DNA of 64,000 bases from NCBI RefSeq assembly GCF_001194135.2, contig NC_068985.1, positions 102,992,719 to 103,056,718 on the forward strand, in the 5' to 3' direction. The translations under genes and the position numbers were made by a program. This DNA comes from Octopus bimaculoides. Lineage: Eukaryota. Below, one piece after another: positions 26,050 through 38,917 of this stretch. The notes beneath the pieces were generated by a model, which made no database searches, had not been told where the DNA came from, and saw only the letters and a list, made by a program, of their open reading frames with translations. Position 1 is the first letter of the stretch, and every line of letters begins with the position of its first letter.

Positions 26050-26441
26050 TATAGACTGAGAGACCCGAAATACGCCAACGATGCTACATCAGGTCTCTAC
26101 TCACAAGATATTTAAGGTGGCCTGGCCATACTGTCCGTCTGCTTCAGGGGGAATTCATTCGCAAGGCAAGCAACCCGGCTCCTTTCCCAAGCTGGTGCAA
26201 ACGTGCCGGAAGACAACTAAAGACGTGACTGGCGACGATACAGGCGGATGTGGAAGCACAATTGGGCCCACCACATCGATGGTCTTCGGCAGTAGAACCG
26301 GGAGTGGGTGTCCACTACAGCCTCCACTGCAGCTGACCGTCTGTCAGACGTGAACGGCATTCGTGATGGATGTAATGAACTCGTTGGTCGAAACCGGCTC
26401 AATCCACCTCGGTGAATGCCGCCGCAAGTACAAGCAAGTAC
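26050..26441 (+). mobile_element. 3' end of an RTE-clade LINE
   Basis: GC-rich block translating ...HIDGLRQ*NREWVSTTASTAADR...IRDGCNELV...*MPPQVQ, resembling RTE ORF ends; terminates in the short repeat caagtacaagcaagtac. Confidence 0.65.
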
Positions 26442-26691
26442 ATTCTGCTTTTAGTATCCATAGTAATAATATCTGATCTCATTAACGTGAGAGATAATTC
26501 AGTCAATTCCTTTTAGTAACTCTAGAACAATCGATAACATGACATGATACGCTGAAGAAAGGTTAGTCGCATCACGAAATTCTTTTAAAGTTACACAAAA
26601 CTATTTTGAAAGATAACCGCATTAAGACACTAATTTCGTAAATTTCATATGTCCATATATATATGTGTGTATGTGTATGCATGTATGTATG

Positions 26692-26722
<31 letters not shown>

Positions 26723-26727
26723 GCATG

Positions 26728-26780
<53 letters not shown>

Positions 26781-27444
26781 NNNNNNNNNNNNNNNNNNNN
26801 NNNNNNNNNNNNNNNNNNNNNNNNNNNNNNNNNNNNNNNNNNNNNNNNNNNNNNNNNNNNNNNNNNNNNNNNNNNNNNNNNNNNNNNNNNNNNNNNNNNN
26901 NNNNNNNNNNNNNNNNNNNNNNNNNNNNNNNNNNNNNNNNNNNNNNNNNNNNNNNNNNNNNNNNNNNNNNNNNNNNNNNNNNNNNNNNNNNNNNNNNNNN
27001 NNNNNNNNNNNNNNNNNNNNNNNNNNNNNNNNNNNNNNNNNNNNNNNNNNNNNNNNNNNNNNNNNNNNNNNNNNNNNNNNNNNNNNNNNNNNNNNNNNNN
27101 NNNNNNNNNNNNNNNNNNNNNNNNNNNNNNNNNNNNNNNNNNNNNNNNNNNNNNNNNNNNNNNNNNNNNNNNNNNNNNNNNNNNNNNNNNNNNNNNNNNN
27201 NNNNNNNNNNNNNNNNNNNNNNNNNNNNNNNNNNNNNNNNNNNNNNNNNNNNNNNNNNNNNNNNNNNNNNNNNNNNNNNNNNNNNNNNNNNNNNNNNNNN
27301 NNNNNNNNNNNNNNNNNNNNNNNNNNNNNNNNNNNNNNNNNNNNNNNNNNNNNNNNNNNNNNNNNNNNNNNNNNNNNNNNNNNNNNNNNNNNNNNNNNNN
27401 NNNNNNNNNNNNNNNNNNNNNNNNNNNNNNNNNNNNNNNNNNNN

Positions 27445-28131
27445 CCTCTCTCTCTCCCCCTCTACCTCTCTCTCTCTCTCTCTCTACCTCTCTCTTTCTC
27501 TTACCCTTTCTAATACTTCACCTTGATGCTCTCCCTAATACTTATAATCTTACTATTCTTACCACACCAGCAATTATATGTACAAGAAAACCCTTTTTTC
27601 CTATCCTTTTTCATCGTGTGACCTGCGTCTCCTTCTTCTTTCTTCTTTCTTCTTCTTTTGCTCTTTTCCCTTTTTATTTATTCTTCTCTGATTTGTTTTC
27701 TCTTCTTCTTTTTTTTTTAGTTATCTCTTTTCATCTCTTCTTTCCTTCATCGCTTACCCTTTTTCTTCTTTTTTTTTTCCTTGATCTGGCAACACTTCTT
27801 CTACTCTTTTTATCTTTCTCTTTTAATTCCTTCTCATTTCTACGTCTTCTTCCCACTTTTCTTCTTCATATATTTCTCTTTCTTCCTTTTCTTCTGCATC
27901 TTCTTTTTTTCTTTCTACCTCTACTGCTTTCTCCTACTCCTCCGCATCATCAGCATCATCGTTGTCATCAACTTCTTTTTTTTCTTCTTCTCTTTCTCAT
28001 TTTCCTCCTCTTCTTCCTCCTCCCTAGTATAACTTCAAATCTAACATCATCACGATTCGCCACGATAGCGAATTCTTTCTATTGTGTTTCACTGCTGCTG
28101 CTGCTCTGTTGTTGTTGTCATCAACACCATT

Positions 28132-28181
<50 letters not shown>

Positions 28182-28378
28182 TATGGTTATTATTGCAAGT
28201 GGAACCAACTAGTGCTTATCTTCCTTCTGCAACACTTTATAATTGGAGGCATGGCGGAAAGATGATAGTTCTTGTTGTGGTAAGAAGTAGTGGCACTGGC
28301 GGCGCTGGTGGTGCTGGTGGTTACTAGTGGTGCTGCTGGTGGTGGTAGTGGTGGTGGTATTGGTGGTGGTGGTGGTGG
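27445..28378. repeat. Polypyrimidine tract followed by (CAT)n and (GGT)n trinucleotide repeats, between two N gaps
   Basis: Directly visible. Confidence 0.9.
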
Positions 28379-29643
28379 NNNNNNNNNNNNNNNNNNNNNN
28401 NNNNNNNNNNNNNNNNNNNNNNNNNNNNNNNNNNNNNNNNNNNNNNNNNNNNNNNNNNNNNNNNNNNNNNNNNNNNNNNNNNNNNNNNNNNNNNNNNNNN
28501 NNNNNNNNNNNNNNNNNNNNNNNNNNNNNNNNNNNNNNNNNNNNNNNNNNNNNNNNNNNNNNNNNNNNNNNNNNNNNNNNNNNNNNNNNNNNNNNNNNNN
28601 NNNNNNNNNNNNNNNNNNNNNNNNNNNNNNNNNNNNNNNNNNNNNNNNNNNNNNNNNNNNNNNNNNNNNNNNNNNNNNNNNNNNNNNNNNNNNNNNNNNN
28701 NNNNNNNNNNNNNNNNNNNNNNNNNNNNNNNNNNNNNNNNNNNNNNNNNNNNNNNNNNNNNNNNNNNNNNNNNNNNNNNNNNNNNNNNNNNNNNNNNNNN
28801 NNNNNNNNNNNNNNNNNNNNNNNNNNNNNNNNNNNNNNNNNNNNNNNNNNNNNNNNNNNNNNNNNNNNNNNNNNNNNNNNNNNNNNNNNNNNNNNNNNNN
28901 NNNNNNNNNNNNNNNNNNNNNNNNNNNNNNNNNACAAAGACGCAGCAACCTATTAACACTACATCAAAACATATATTCTTTCACACCGTAGAAAGTAAGC
29001 AGTATATAGAAGGAGAAAAATTCGATGAAGCTTAAATGAATTGCCAAGAGCAATTAGACAAGTAACATGGCGGGTGAGCAAACTGTTTTGCCTCTTCTTT
29101 ACTGTATTTGAAATAATAAATAAATGCCTTATCGCCACTCGAATATCATTATCACAATATTCATTGTTGCGTTGTTGCTATTGTTATTGGAGGTGGCTTC
29201 TTTTTTCTTTTTTTTTTTTTGCTTTATTTCTTTGCTGCATTTGTTTCATTTCATCCTTGTTGTCGTTGCAACTAACAGTATTCGCATTGTTCACTTCATG
29301 TCTGTTGTTCTTTTTCTTTCGTCTCTCCATTCTGGCTACGAATGTGCGGCTGGTTATATCATGTAAGACTCGCTTTGTTTACGAACACTTCCACTCCTCC
29401 AGAAACACTTCTAGCGGAAAATACATTTCTCAAACAATAGAATTGTTAAATCGCCGCCTTCTCTCTGTTGCTTTCTCTTTCTCACCTCTCTTCTTTTTTT
29501 TCTTTTTCTTTTTCATTTTCTCTGTCTTTCGTTCTCTCAATAATTCTTAGTCTCTGCCTCTGTCTCTCTCATTTCCACTCGTTTTCTCTCTTTTCCACTC
29601 CCTCTCTCACTTTCTCCCACTCTCTCTCTCCACACTCTCTCTC

Positions 29644-29718
<75 letters not shown>

Positions 29719-31204
29719 TTCCATCTATCAATCTGTTTCTCACTTTTCATTCTTCATTCAGTTTCTCTGTCTTTCGTTCTCTCAATAATTCTTACCCTCT
29801 TCTTGTCTCTCATTATTTTCCCTTTGTTTCTCTCTTTCTCTCCCATTCTCTGACACTTTCTCTCTCTCTCTCTCTCTCTTTCTCACTTTCCCTTTCTTGC
29901 TCATTTTCTGTCCCGCATGCATTTCTCTCTGTCTCTCTCTCACACACTTACGCACAATCTGTCTCTCACTCTTCCTATCTCTTTCCTCCTCTTCTCTTGT
30001 CTCTGTCTATCTTTCTCCCTGCTTTCTTTTATATTCTTTCTCCATCTTTCTTACACACAATACTTTTCTCTGTTCCAATCCCTTCCACACATACATATCT
30101 TCATTTGCCTTCATTAGATCTCTTCAGTTGTCTCTTATTTGTTAATCATTCTTCCATTCAACGTCGTGGCTGGTTAAGTCGGAGAGTGTTTGGATTACTT
30201 GCCGAAAGGCAAATGTTTCGTATCTCTTCACTAGCGCTTTGTAGTGTCCATGGCTCAGTTCACCTACTTGTAATGCAAATTGATATTACAAATAGGTGGT
30301 ATCTTAACAAAACTGGAGCACTTACATCTTCATTGCTTTCCAAATCACGTCACATTACCGCTTCGCTATATTTTTCAAGGAATGAATTACAACAAACCAA
30401 CATTATTTTATAAAGACATTGAAATTATCTATGTACACCCTCTAGCACGTATCTAGCACGTAACTAAAATCACACATGCACACACATATGCATGCACAAA
30501 TTCAAACAGAATGAACGAGAGAGGGAGAGGGAGAAAAACCAGACATTTGTATTCAAGAATTGCCGCCTGTTGAATGAAAATATTGTCCAACAAGGAGAAC
30601 AAAACTAACGTCTAACAAATAGGTTCCATGAATAAGTTCAGACCAGAGCAACAGAGTGCAGAAGAAAAGTTATAATCAGCAAGTATTCAGTTAACTTGTA
30701 ACTAAGTTCACGTGTGAGTTGGTTGCTATGAAATTTCTAGATCGCCGCTGATATTGCGTGTTGGATGTTCATATCGCGGCATCCTGCGATCACCAAGATT
30801 TTCTCGATGCTTCTCTTTATAGAGTTTTTCGTTTTAATGAAGGGGAAAAATTGGGAAAAAATTTATCATGCTCAGAGGGAGCCACATCGTATTTCCTGCA
30901 GAATGGATTCGAAGTTGCAATTAAAGCAAAGTGTTCTACCTGCAATGTTTGTTCTAGCCATTGCCATCATGAAACACTACCAATAAAACTCGATACAGAC
31001 CCCCTCGTTTCCTCCCCTTTTTATCTACTTTCACATACCGATTTTTTAATCATTCCTCCTCCTTCTACTTTATTCTGACACTCTCTTAATTTAAAGGCTT
31101 CTTTTTACCTCTCAACCATCTGTAATAAAAAAAAATCCCGAAACACTTCAAGTGATTTGTGACGTAAACATAAGACTTTAAAACTTGTGAGAAGAGAACA
31201 ATGG

Positions 31205-31546
31205 ATTCAATCACTCTTTTACTCTTTTACTTGTTTCAGTTATTTGACTGTGGCCATGCTGGAGCNNNNNNNNNNNNNNNNNNNNNNNNNNNNNNNNNNN
31301 NNNNNNNNNNNNNNNNNNNNNNNNNNNNNNNNNNNNNNNNNNNNNNNNNNNNNNNNNNNNNNNNNNNNNNNNNNNNNNNACGTATATACGACGGGCTTCT
31401 TTCAGTTTCCGTCTACCAAATCTACTCACAAGGCTTTGGTCGGCCCGAGGCTATAGTAGAAGACACTTGCCCAAGGTGCCATGCAGTGGGACTGAACCCT
31501 GAACCATGTGGTTGGTAAGCAAGCTACTTACCACACAGCCACTCCT
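31205..31546 (-). mobile_element. SINE-A with an internal N gap
   Basis: Both ends visible. Confidence 0.85.
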
Positions 31547-31784
31547 GTATTTGACAAGTATTTCAAATTGTTGACCCTGGAAGAATGAACAGTAAAAACT
31601 GAACTCCCCAGGGTTTGACCATAGAACATAAAGAGCCGTAACTCAATACTACAGGGAATGTTGTTCGAGGCCTTGACAATTGTGCTACAATAATAATGCT
31701 AATGATATTCAATCATGAGTCCTCAAGTTATAGAAGAACGTATCAGTCAAGTATAACTATTTCAGTATTTCACTGTTATTTATA

Positions 31785-32175
31785 TTGTTGTTGTTGGCAC
31801 TCCGTCGCTTACGACGTCAAGGGTTCCAGTTGATCCGATCAACGGAACAGCCTGCTCGTGAAATTAACGTGCAAGTGGCTGAGCACTCACTCCACAGACA
31901 CGTGTACCCTTAACGTAGTTCTCGGGGATATTCAGCGTGTCATAGTGTGACAAGGCTGACCCTTTGAATTACAGGTGCAACAGAAACAGGAAGAAAGAGT
32001 GAGAGAAAGTTGTGGTGGAAGAGTACAGCAGGGTTCACCACCATTCCCTGCCGGAGCCTCGTGGAGCTTTAGGTGTTTTTGCTCAATAAACACTCACAAC
32101 GCTCGGTCTGGGAATCGAAACTGCGATCCTATGACCGCGAGTCTGCTGTCCTAACCACTGGGCCATTGCACCTCC
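31785..32175 (-). mobile_element. Full-length SINE-C
   Basis: Reverse complement of 55511-55893; imperfect TSD actgttatttata / actgtatttgta. Confidence 0.9.
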
Positions 32176-32736
32176 ACTGTATTTGTATTATTCATCCTGA
32201 AAGGACGAATAGTAAAGATGACTTTAGCGATATTTGAACTCAAGAACTTAAAAGTGTTTTATCCATGTTCTACATTTCCAGGATAAGCAAGAGTGTTGAT
32301 TTCTCTCATAGTCACAGGCCCATTACCTCACACTTTCGAGGCATTTCGCCGACAACCAGTATTTTTCAATGGTACGTCTTTTATCCACCCCCAGAAGGTG
32401 CGTTTGTGATGTGCTCAACCACTTGCACGTCAAATATCACAAGCGGGCTGTGCCGTTAATCAGATTAACTGGAACACTCGTCGTCGTGACCGACGGAGTG
32501 CCAGATTTACTACTGATGAAGTGTTCAAGTAATGACAGCTAAGAGCTCCGTTCTAAACACGTGAGAGTAAAGAAAAAGTGAGAAACAGAATGAGGAAGTG
32601 TGAATGAAAGACAGAATGAGAGAGAGTGAAAGAGAAATAGAGAGGCAAAGAGAGACAGAGAGGGAAAGGGAGATAGTGAAGGAAAGAGAGAGAAAGAGGT
32701 TGAGTGTATGTGGTTTTGTAGTTTCTACGTTGTTCT

Positions 32737-32801
32737 TGCATGTGTTTATGTTGAGTTTTTGCATGTGTTTATGTTGAGTTTTTGCATGTGTTTATGTTGA
32801 G
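32737..32801. repeat. 23-bp minisatellite, about 3 copies
   Basis: Unit tgcatgtgtttatgttgagtttt. Confidence 0.9.
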
Positions 32802-33316
32802 TTCATATATGCATACGTATTTGTGTAAGTTCTTGTATAATACAGAAGATTCTTAGAGTTATCTTTTAAGACAGCTATAAATATATGGATATGTATGTAT
32901 GTATGCTTAAGAAAGAGACTGTGAGACAGAGAGAAAAAGGACATAGACAGATAGATCGAGAGGGGTGAGAATAACAATGCGAGTGTATATATGTGTGTGT
33001 GTGTTCGAATGTATGTAAATATATGAACTCAATCATGTATAACTATAAGTGCTTGGCGTGTGATGTAAATTGTCCTTTTCAACAAGCAAAAACAAGGAAA
33101 ATGAGATTGGTTTAAGGGTATTGGCTATTTGGTTTTTGTTTCAATATTTATAATTTTATATAACATCACGTAATTATCACTGTTATGTGTGATTGTTGAC
33201 ATTTGTAGCCTAAAGTTCTTCCGATAGTGACTTTTTAATAGCCCAGATTCTAGATAATAGAACTGTTCGCAAACTCGTTCAGACATACTCATATATAATC
33301 GGTAATATATGTAGCT

Positions 33317-34060
33317 GGTAAGGCGGAGAGCTGGTAAGGCGGAGAGCTGGTAAGGCGGAGAGCTGGCAGAAACGTTGGCGCGCCGGGCGAAATGCTTAGC
33401 GGTATTTATTTACGATAATGGCGGCGAGCTGGCAGAATCGTTAGCACGCCGGGCGAAATGCTTAGCGGTATTTCGTCTGCCGTTACGTTCTGAGTTCAAA
33501 TTCCGCCGAGGTCGACTTTGCCTTTCATCCTTTCGGGGTCGATAAATTAAGTACCAGTTACGCACTGGGGTCGATGTAATCGACTTAATCCGTTCGTCTG
33601 TTCTTGTTTGTCCCCTCTATGTTTAGTCCCTTGTGGGCAATAACGAAATAGGTATTTATTTACGATTTCTTTACGGTATGTCTTTACGATAAGAGTTCAA
33701 TATTCCGCCGAGGTTGACTTTGCCTTTCATCCTTTCGGGGACGATAAATTAAGTACCAGTTACGCACTGGGGTTGCTGTAATCGACTTAATCCCTTTGTC
33801 TGTCCTTGTTTGCCCCCTCTATGTTTAGCTCCTTGTATGCAATAAAGAAATAAGAAACGTTAGCACGCTGGGAGAAATGCTTAGTGGTCTTTCGTCTGTC
33901 TTTACGTTCTGAGTTCAATATTCCGCCGAGGTTGACTCTGCCTGTCATCCTTTCGGCATCGATAAATTAAGTACCAGTTACGTACTGGAGTCGATCTAAT
34001 CGACCGTCCCCCCCCCCCAACCTAAAAATGTCGGACCTTGTGCCAAGAGTAGAAAAGAAG
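33317..34060 (+). mobile_element. Nested and tandem SINE-B array
   Basis: 16-bp head repeat (gctggtaaggcggaga, about 3 copies). A full copy at 33417-33650 is flanked by the 16-bp direct repeat ggtatttatttacgat. Two further bodies share the variant gttcaatattccgccgaggttgac. Confidence 0.85.
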
Positions 34061-35360
34061 ATATGTAGCTGGTGCAGACATGTCACTGTGTGGGGGGGGG
34101 TATGTGTGTATGCGTGTGCGAGTATGTATGCAAATAGATAGCGTTTTTATGAATGCGTATGAGCAAATATACACTCTTAAAAAAGTTTACATACATGTGG
34201 CTGGTGCTTACCTATCTATATATGTATGCGTGAATGTATGTATATAAAAGAGATATACATGTCTATCGATTAACAAATAGTGTGTGTACTCATACACCCA
34301 CACATATGCATATGTATATATATATATATACAACGGGCTTCTTTCAGTTTCTATCTACCAAATTCACTCATAAGGCTTTCGTCGGCCCGGGGCTATAACA
34401 GTAGCACCCAGTGCGCCACACAAAGGAACTGAACCCGAAACTATGTCGTTGAGAAGCAAACATCTTACCACACAGCCACGTCTGTAGGTATTTATGTATG
34501 CATATAAATATATATATATATATATATACAAATATATGTACACACTCAGATATGTGCATATGAATACACACAAATGCATACACGAATATGTGCACACACA
34601 AAGACACACACACACACACGTACATACACGTACACATACACACATACACATTACACATGCACATGCGCACGCCTTGTGTCTGATGCTTTTACTGCTGTTC
34701 ATCGCTTGGTTTTTTCAGGTAATGATTATATTAATATCCTTATTGACGTTGTTAAGAGCCATGTTGTTTAGTTTTATGGTACAGGATGTAAATGCAGGGG
34801 TTGTTATCAATCGTGCTATTGTTGTTTGGTCGATGTTGATGCCGAAGGTGGTGATGTTAGAAGTAAAGGGTTTTAATGATGGTAGATGTAGCCTAAATGC
34901 TTGCTGTAGTATTATTAATGGTTGTGCTGGTATTCGCTGTAGTAGTGTGATGGGAGTTAATAATGGTGGTGGTGGTGGTGGTGGTGGCGTTGACGCTGAT
35001 ATGGCTGTTAATGGCGGTGATACTGGTTGTGTAACCACAGAGAAGGCGGAGGTTGTGGGTTTGTTTTCCTTAACAAAAAGGAACTCAGCTCTTAAACTTG
35101 TTCTCCTTTTTTTTTTAATTTGAGTAACTTCAATATCCGTATTTTTTACATGATGATTTATATTCCATTATCATCATCATCATCATCGTCATCATCATCA
35201 TCATCAGCAGCAGCAGCACCAGTAGTAGCAATAGTAATTTCAATCACAATGTCACTATAACAACTATAATGATTACTACGCTTGTTATTGTTATTGCAAC
35301 AAATATTGCGCAAGTATCGTTTCTGTATTGTTGTTCTTTCTCTATTTTTATTCATTTACT

Positions 35361-35391
<31 letters not shown>

Positions 35392-36647
35392 GTCAAGATA
35401 CTTATTTCTTTTGGTCTTCATACTATGTAGCGTAGGATACACGAAGCATTTTCTTCAACAGCAATTCGGACAAAATACATCGCAGTATTTCTTCCTGCTG
35501 TTTACGCTCTGAGTTCAAATCCTGCCGAGGCAGGCTTTATCTGCCATTCTTGCAGGATCGATAAAATAAAGTACCAGATGAGCAGTGGAGTTGATGTAAT
35601 TGATTTACACACTTCCCAGAATTTGCTGGCGTTGGGCCAAAATTTGAAACCATTGAGGGCAGCCAGCTGGCAGAATCGTTAGGGCGCCGGACAAAATGCT
35701 TAGTACTGGTTCCGAGGTCGACTTTCATTTTTTTCGGGGTCGATGAAATAAGTACCTGTTGAGCAGTGGGATCGATATGATCAACTAGAGCCCTCACTCA
35801 AAATTTCAGGCCTTGTTGTTGTTGTTGTTGTTGTTGTTGTCGTCGCTGTTGTTGTTGTTGTTATACTCGTTGAATTACAGATGTGTTTGAGCATCAGCTT
35901 CATTAATTCTGCCCTTTTGGGGGAGGGCTGATAAAGATTATTAACTCTATTTTCTCTTGGACAACTCATAAAAGAAAAATGAATAAAGAAAAGATTTCTG
36001 AAGATTAACGTTCCAATATTATTTTCTCATATACTCAAGTGTCGTCAATTTCATAATTGTACAAAGCTTGTTTGGTTCGGCCATTGATCTGTCTCAGCAC
36101 CGAATTTCCTCTCTCTTCAAGAAATATTACTTTATTTGCGGAACAACGACAGAAAATGTCTAGATAAATCGATTAAATCGTTCCAAGAACACGATTAGTA
36201 TTTATTTTGCGAACCGGCCAGTGATAAAAGGTAAAGTCAACACAGGTGGGCTTAGAACTCAAAATTAAATTGATTATAGAAGGACATTTTGTCTGCCTTT
36301 TAAATATAGCTTCTGCACTTCACCAACACATATAGCCTCTACGTCGTCACTTGATTCGCTAGTCATAGCAGCCAAATATTTGTTATATCGCTATATACAT
36401 CGGTGAAAAAGAGCACATTGGATGCATTAATCCAAAGTATACTGGGATTGCAATAGCATCAATGGCTTTGATGGTATGTCTGCTTAATCAGGGCTGACTC
36501 GGAGCTAAAGAGCAAGACTTGCAGCAAAGTTAATAAACCATTACCTGACTGCATATTTTATAGTTTTTACTTCTTATTTCTATGTTCTCGGCATAAATCT
36601 GGCTTCAACTAGCTTACTTTTCATCTCATAGAAATAAAGCAATACAT

Positions 36648-37688
36648 ACCAGGTTCGCATCCCGGCGCGCGTTTCCACGAATCACATATCTCTTAAGATC
36701 ACAGTCCGTATTCCTCGAATTACCGTAGTATCTGTGGCCAACGGGTAGATCATTTTCCTGGATTCATTTCTTCAGGCGATATAACATTAATGGGTGTTTA
36801 ACAGAGGGTTAGTTATCCTTTTTGGCCAGTGTGAAGGTTGATTGAGTTATGTGGGTATTTCTGTGTGTATTTGGTGAGGAGGAGGGGAAGTTGATAGAAA
36901 GATAGGATAGAATGGTAGTTATATGGCGATTGAGGTGTGTGTGGTGATGTTGGACTTACTTTGTTATCCAGTCTGCAGATGTCAAGGATTATGTAATACA
37001 TTCCTTTGTTCGATCGTATTTAAGACATGATTATCTTCAATGAAGTCTGAAGTAAACAGATCAGCCGATACAGCCTCTACAGCGTTCAGCTGTTGGAATT
37101 CATTATCTGAATTGATAAATGATACTTTCTTGAGGTGACCTCTCTTTTACTTGTTTCAGTCATTTGACTGTGGCCATGCTGGAGCTCCGCCTTTAGTCGA
37201 GTAAATCGACCCCAAGACTTATTCTTTGTAAGCCTAGTACTTATTCTATCGGCCTCTTTTGACGAACCGCTCAGTTACGGGAACGTAAACACACCAGCAT
37301 CGTTTGTCAAGCGATGTTGGGGGGACAAACACAGACATACAAACACACACACATATATATATATACATATATATGACGGGCTTCTTTCAGTTTCTGTCTA
37401 CCAAATCCACTCACAAGTGGAAGATCTTGCCCCAGGTGCCACGCAGTGTGACTGAACCCGGAACCATGTGGTTGGTAAGGAAGCTACTTACCACACAGCC
37501 ACTCCTGCGCCTTAATTTGTTCTAGTGGTACAGTGGCATAGTGTCTAGCATCCTCAGACCAACCAATGTTTAGGATACCGTACAAATTATTTACCCGATA
37601 CCCACAGATACTACGGACTACACTGTAATCATCCCAGGAATACGGACTGTGAGCTTAAGTGATATGTGATTTGTGGAAACACACGCGT
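36648..37688. mobile_element. Non-autonomous long-TIR element with a 10-bp TSD (Mutator-like by TSD length), containing a SINE-A
   Basis: Inverted repeats at 36668-36750 and 37589-37687 (45-bp core with 3 mismatches); direct repeat agcaatacat at 36638-36647 and 37689-37698. Confidence 0.65.
37141..37511 (-). mobile_element. Near full-length SINE-A
   Basis: Both ends visible; small internal deletion. Confidence 0.85.
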
Positions 37689-38764
37689 AGCAATACATTA
37701 AATGCTTATAAATTTCATCCAGCAATTATTGTTATTATTACTACATGTGTGTGTGTGTGTGTGTGCGTGTGTGTGTGTATGTGCTGTGCCTCATTCACTT
37801 TTGTGTGTGCATTTTATATTTATATATGTGCTTATGTCTGTATGCGTGTGTAAATGTGTGCGTATGTGTGTGTGTTTAGTATGCATAGAATTACTTATAC
37901 ATCAGTATTTCATCTTTAAAAAAATATATAATACTTTGAAGGAAAGGTTTTGCTTTCTTTTAGATTTTTACGGGAATCTAGGGGCAAAAAAAAATAAAGA
38001 ATACTATCACTTATCTCTTACACTATCGCAGGACCGGGTACCTAAGAACTATGGGACGTTAAATATTCTGGCGTGCACGTTCTTCCTTATTAAATACTGA
38101 CATAGTGACGCCTGTGAAGAGAATTAGCTAAAACATGAAAATCGAAATAATTTAGTAATTTTGACTTTGCGGTGTTTAAGAAAGCATAATTGATTTCTTA
38201 ATTATAAAGCAACACTGCAAGTAGATTGATGAGTAGGAATTGCCGATGGTGACATAAGAAATGGCATGTCTAATTGAAACGAGCTCTAGGCTTCTAAATA
38301 CTCATTATAATCAGTAAAATCTCATCAAGAAGATAATGGACGTGTGGATAAACGTACATGTACTCTGCATTGATGTCTTCCCGCGAATCGGTTTGGATGG
38401 ATAGATGGATGGATGGATGGATAGATACATACATACATACATGCATGCATACATGGATGGATAGATAGAATAGATAGATAGGCATCAAACTGATGTGTGT
38501 GATATATTCTATATTTATATATATATATACGTATGTATTTATGCGTGCGTAGGATTTATTTATTTATTTAGATAGATAGATAGATGTCACAAATACTATT
38601 TTTTTTAAATACAGATTCATGTGTGTAAGTTTGTGTGTCAGTGTGTGCGCGCTATGATCACGCAATCTTGTGTCAGAAAATGTGTCAGAAGTTATTTCTG
38701 TCTATTCTTTCACTCAATAGACATCTGTGTATGTTATACGTATGCACACACACACACACACACA

Positions 38765-38818
<54 letters not shown>

Positions 38819-38861
38819 NNNNNNNNNNNNNNNNNNNNNNNNNNNNNNNNNNNNNNNNNNN

Positions 38862-38917
<56 letters not shown>

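Noticed and set aside
26649-28265. 538-aa ORF with poly-His and hydrophobic stretches
   Set aside because: Spans an N gap, a polypyrimidine tract and (CAT)n; compositional artefact.
28082-28330. Signal-peptide-like text (LLLLSS...LWLLLQVEPTSAYLP; VALAALVVLVVTSGAAGGG) as a possible first exon of the Ig gene
   Set aside because: No in-frame ATG after the upstream stops. The nearby donor GTG|GTAAGA is phase 0, incompatible with the phase-1 acceptor. Largely trinucleotide repeats.
28934-29000. Open frame ending at a phase-1 donor-like site GAAA|GTAAGC (28995)
   Set aside because: Only 20 codons visible after a gap, not signal-peptide-like; cannot be supported without RNA data.
30758-30990. Faint resemblance to the PIF1/Helitron helicase C-terminus (IE..VL.GKN...Q....FA..I.K)
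   Set aside because: Key motif residues (QFP, TINKSQGQ) are absent; similarity too weak to call by eye.
34715-35123. Overlapping open frames on both strands (Pro/Thr-rich and Val/Gly-rich)
   Set aside because: Degenerate period-3 repeat around (GGT)n; no splice or homology support.
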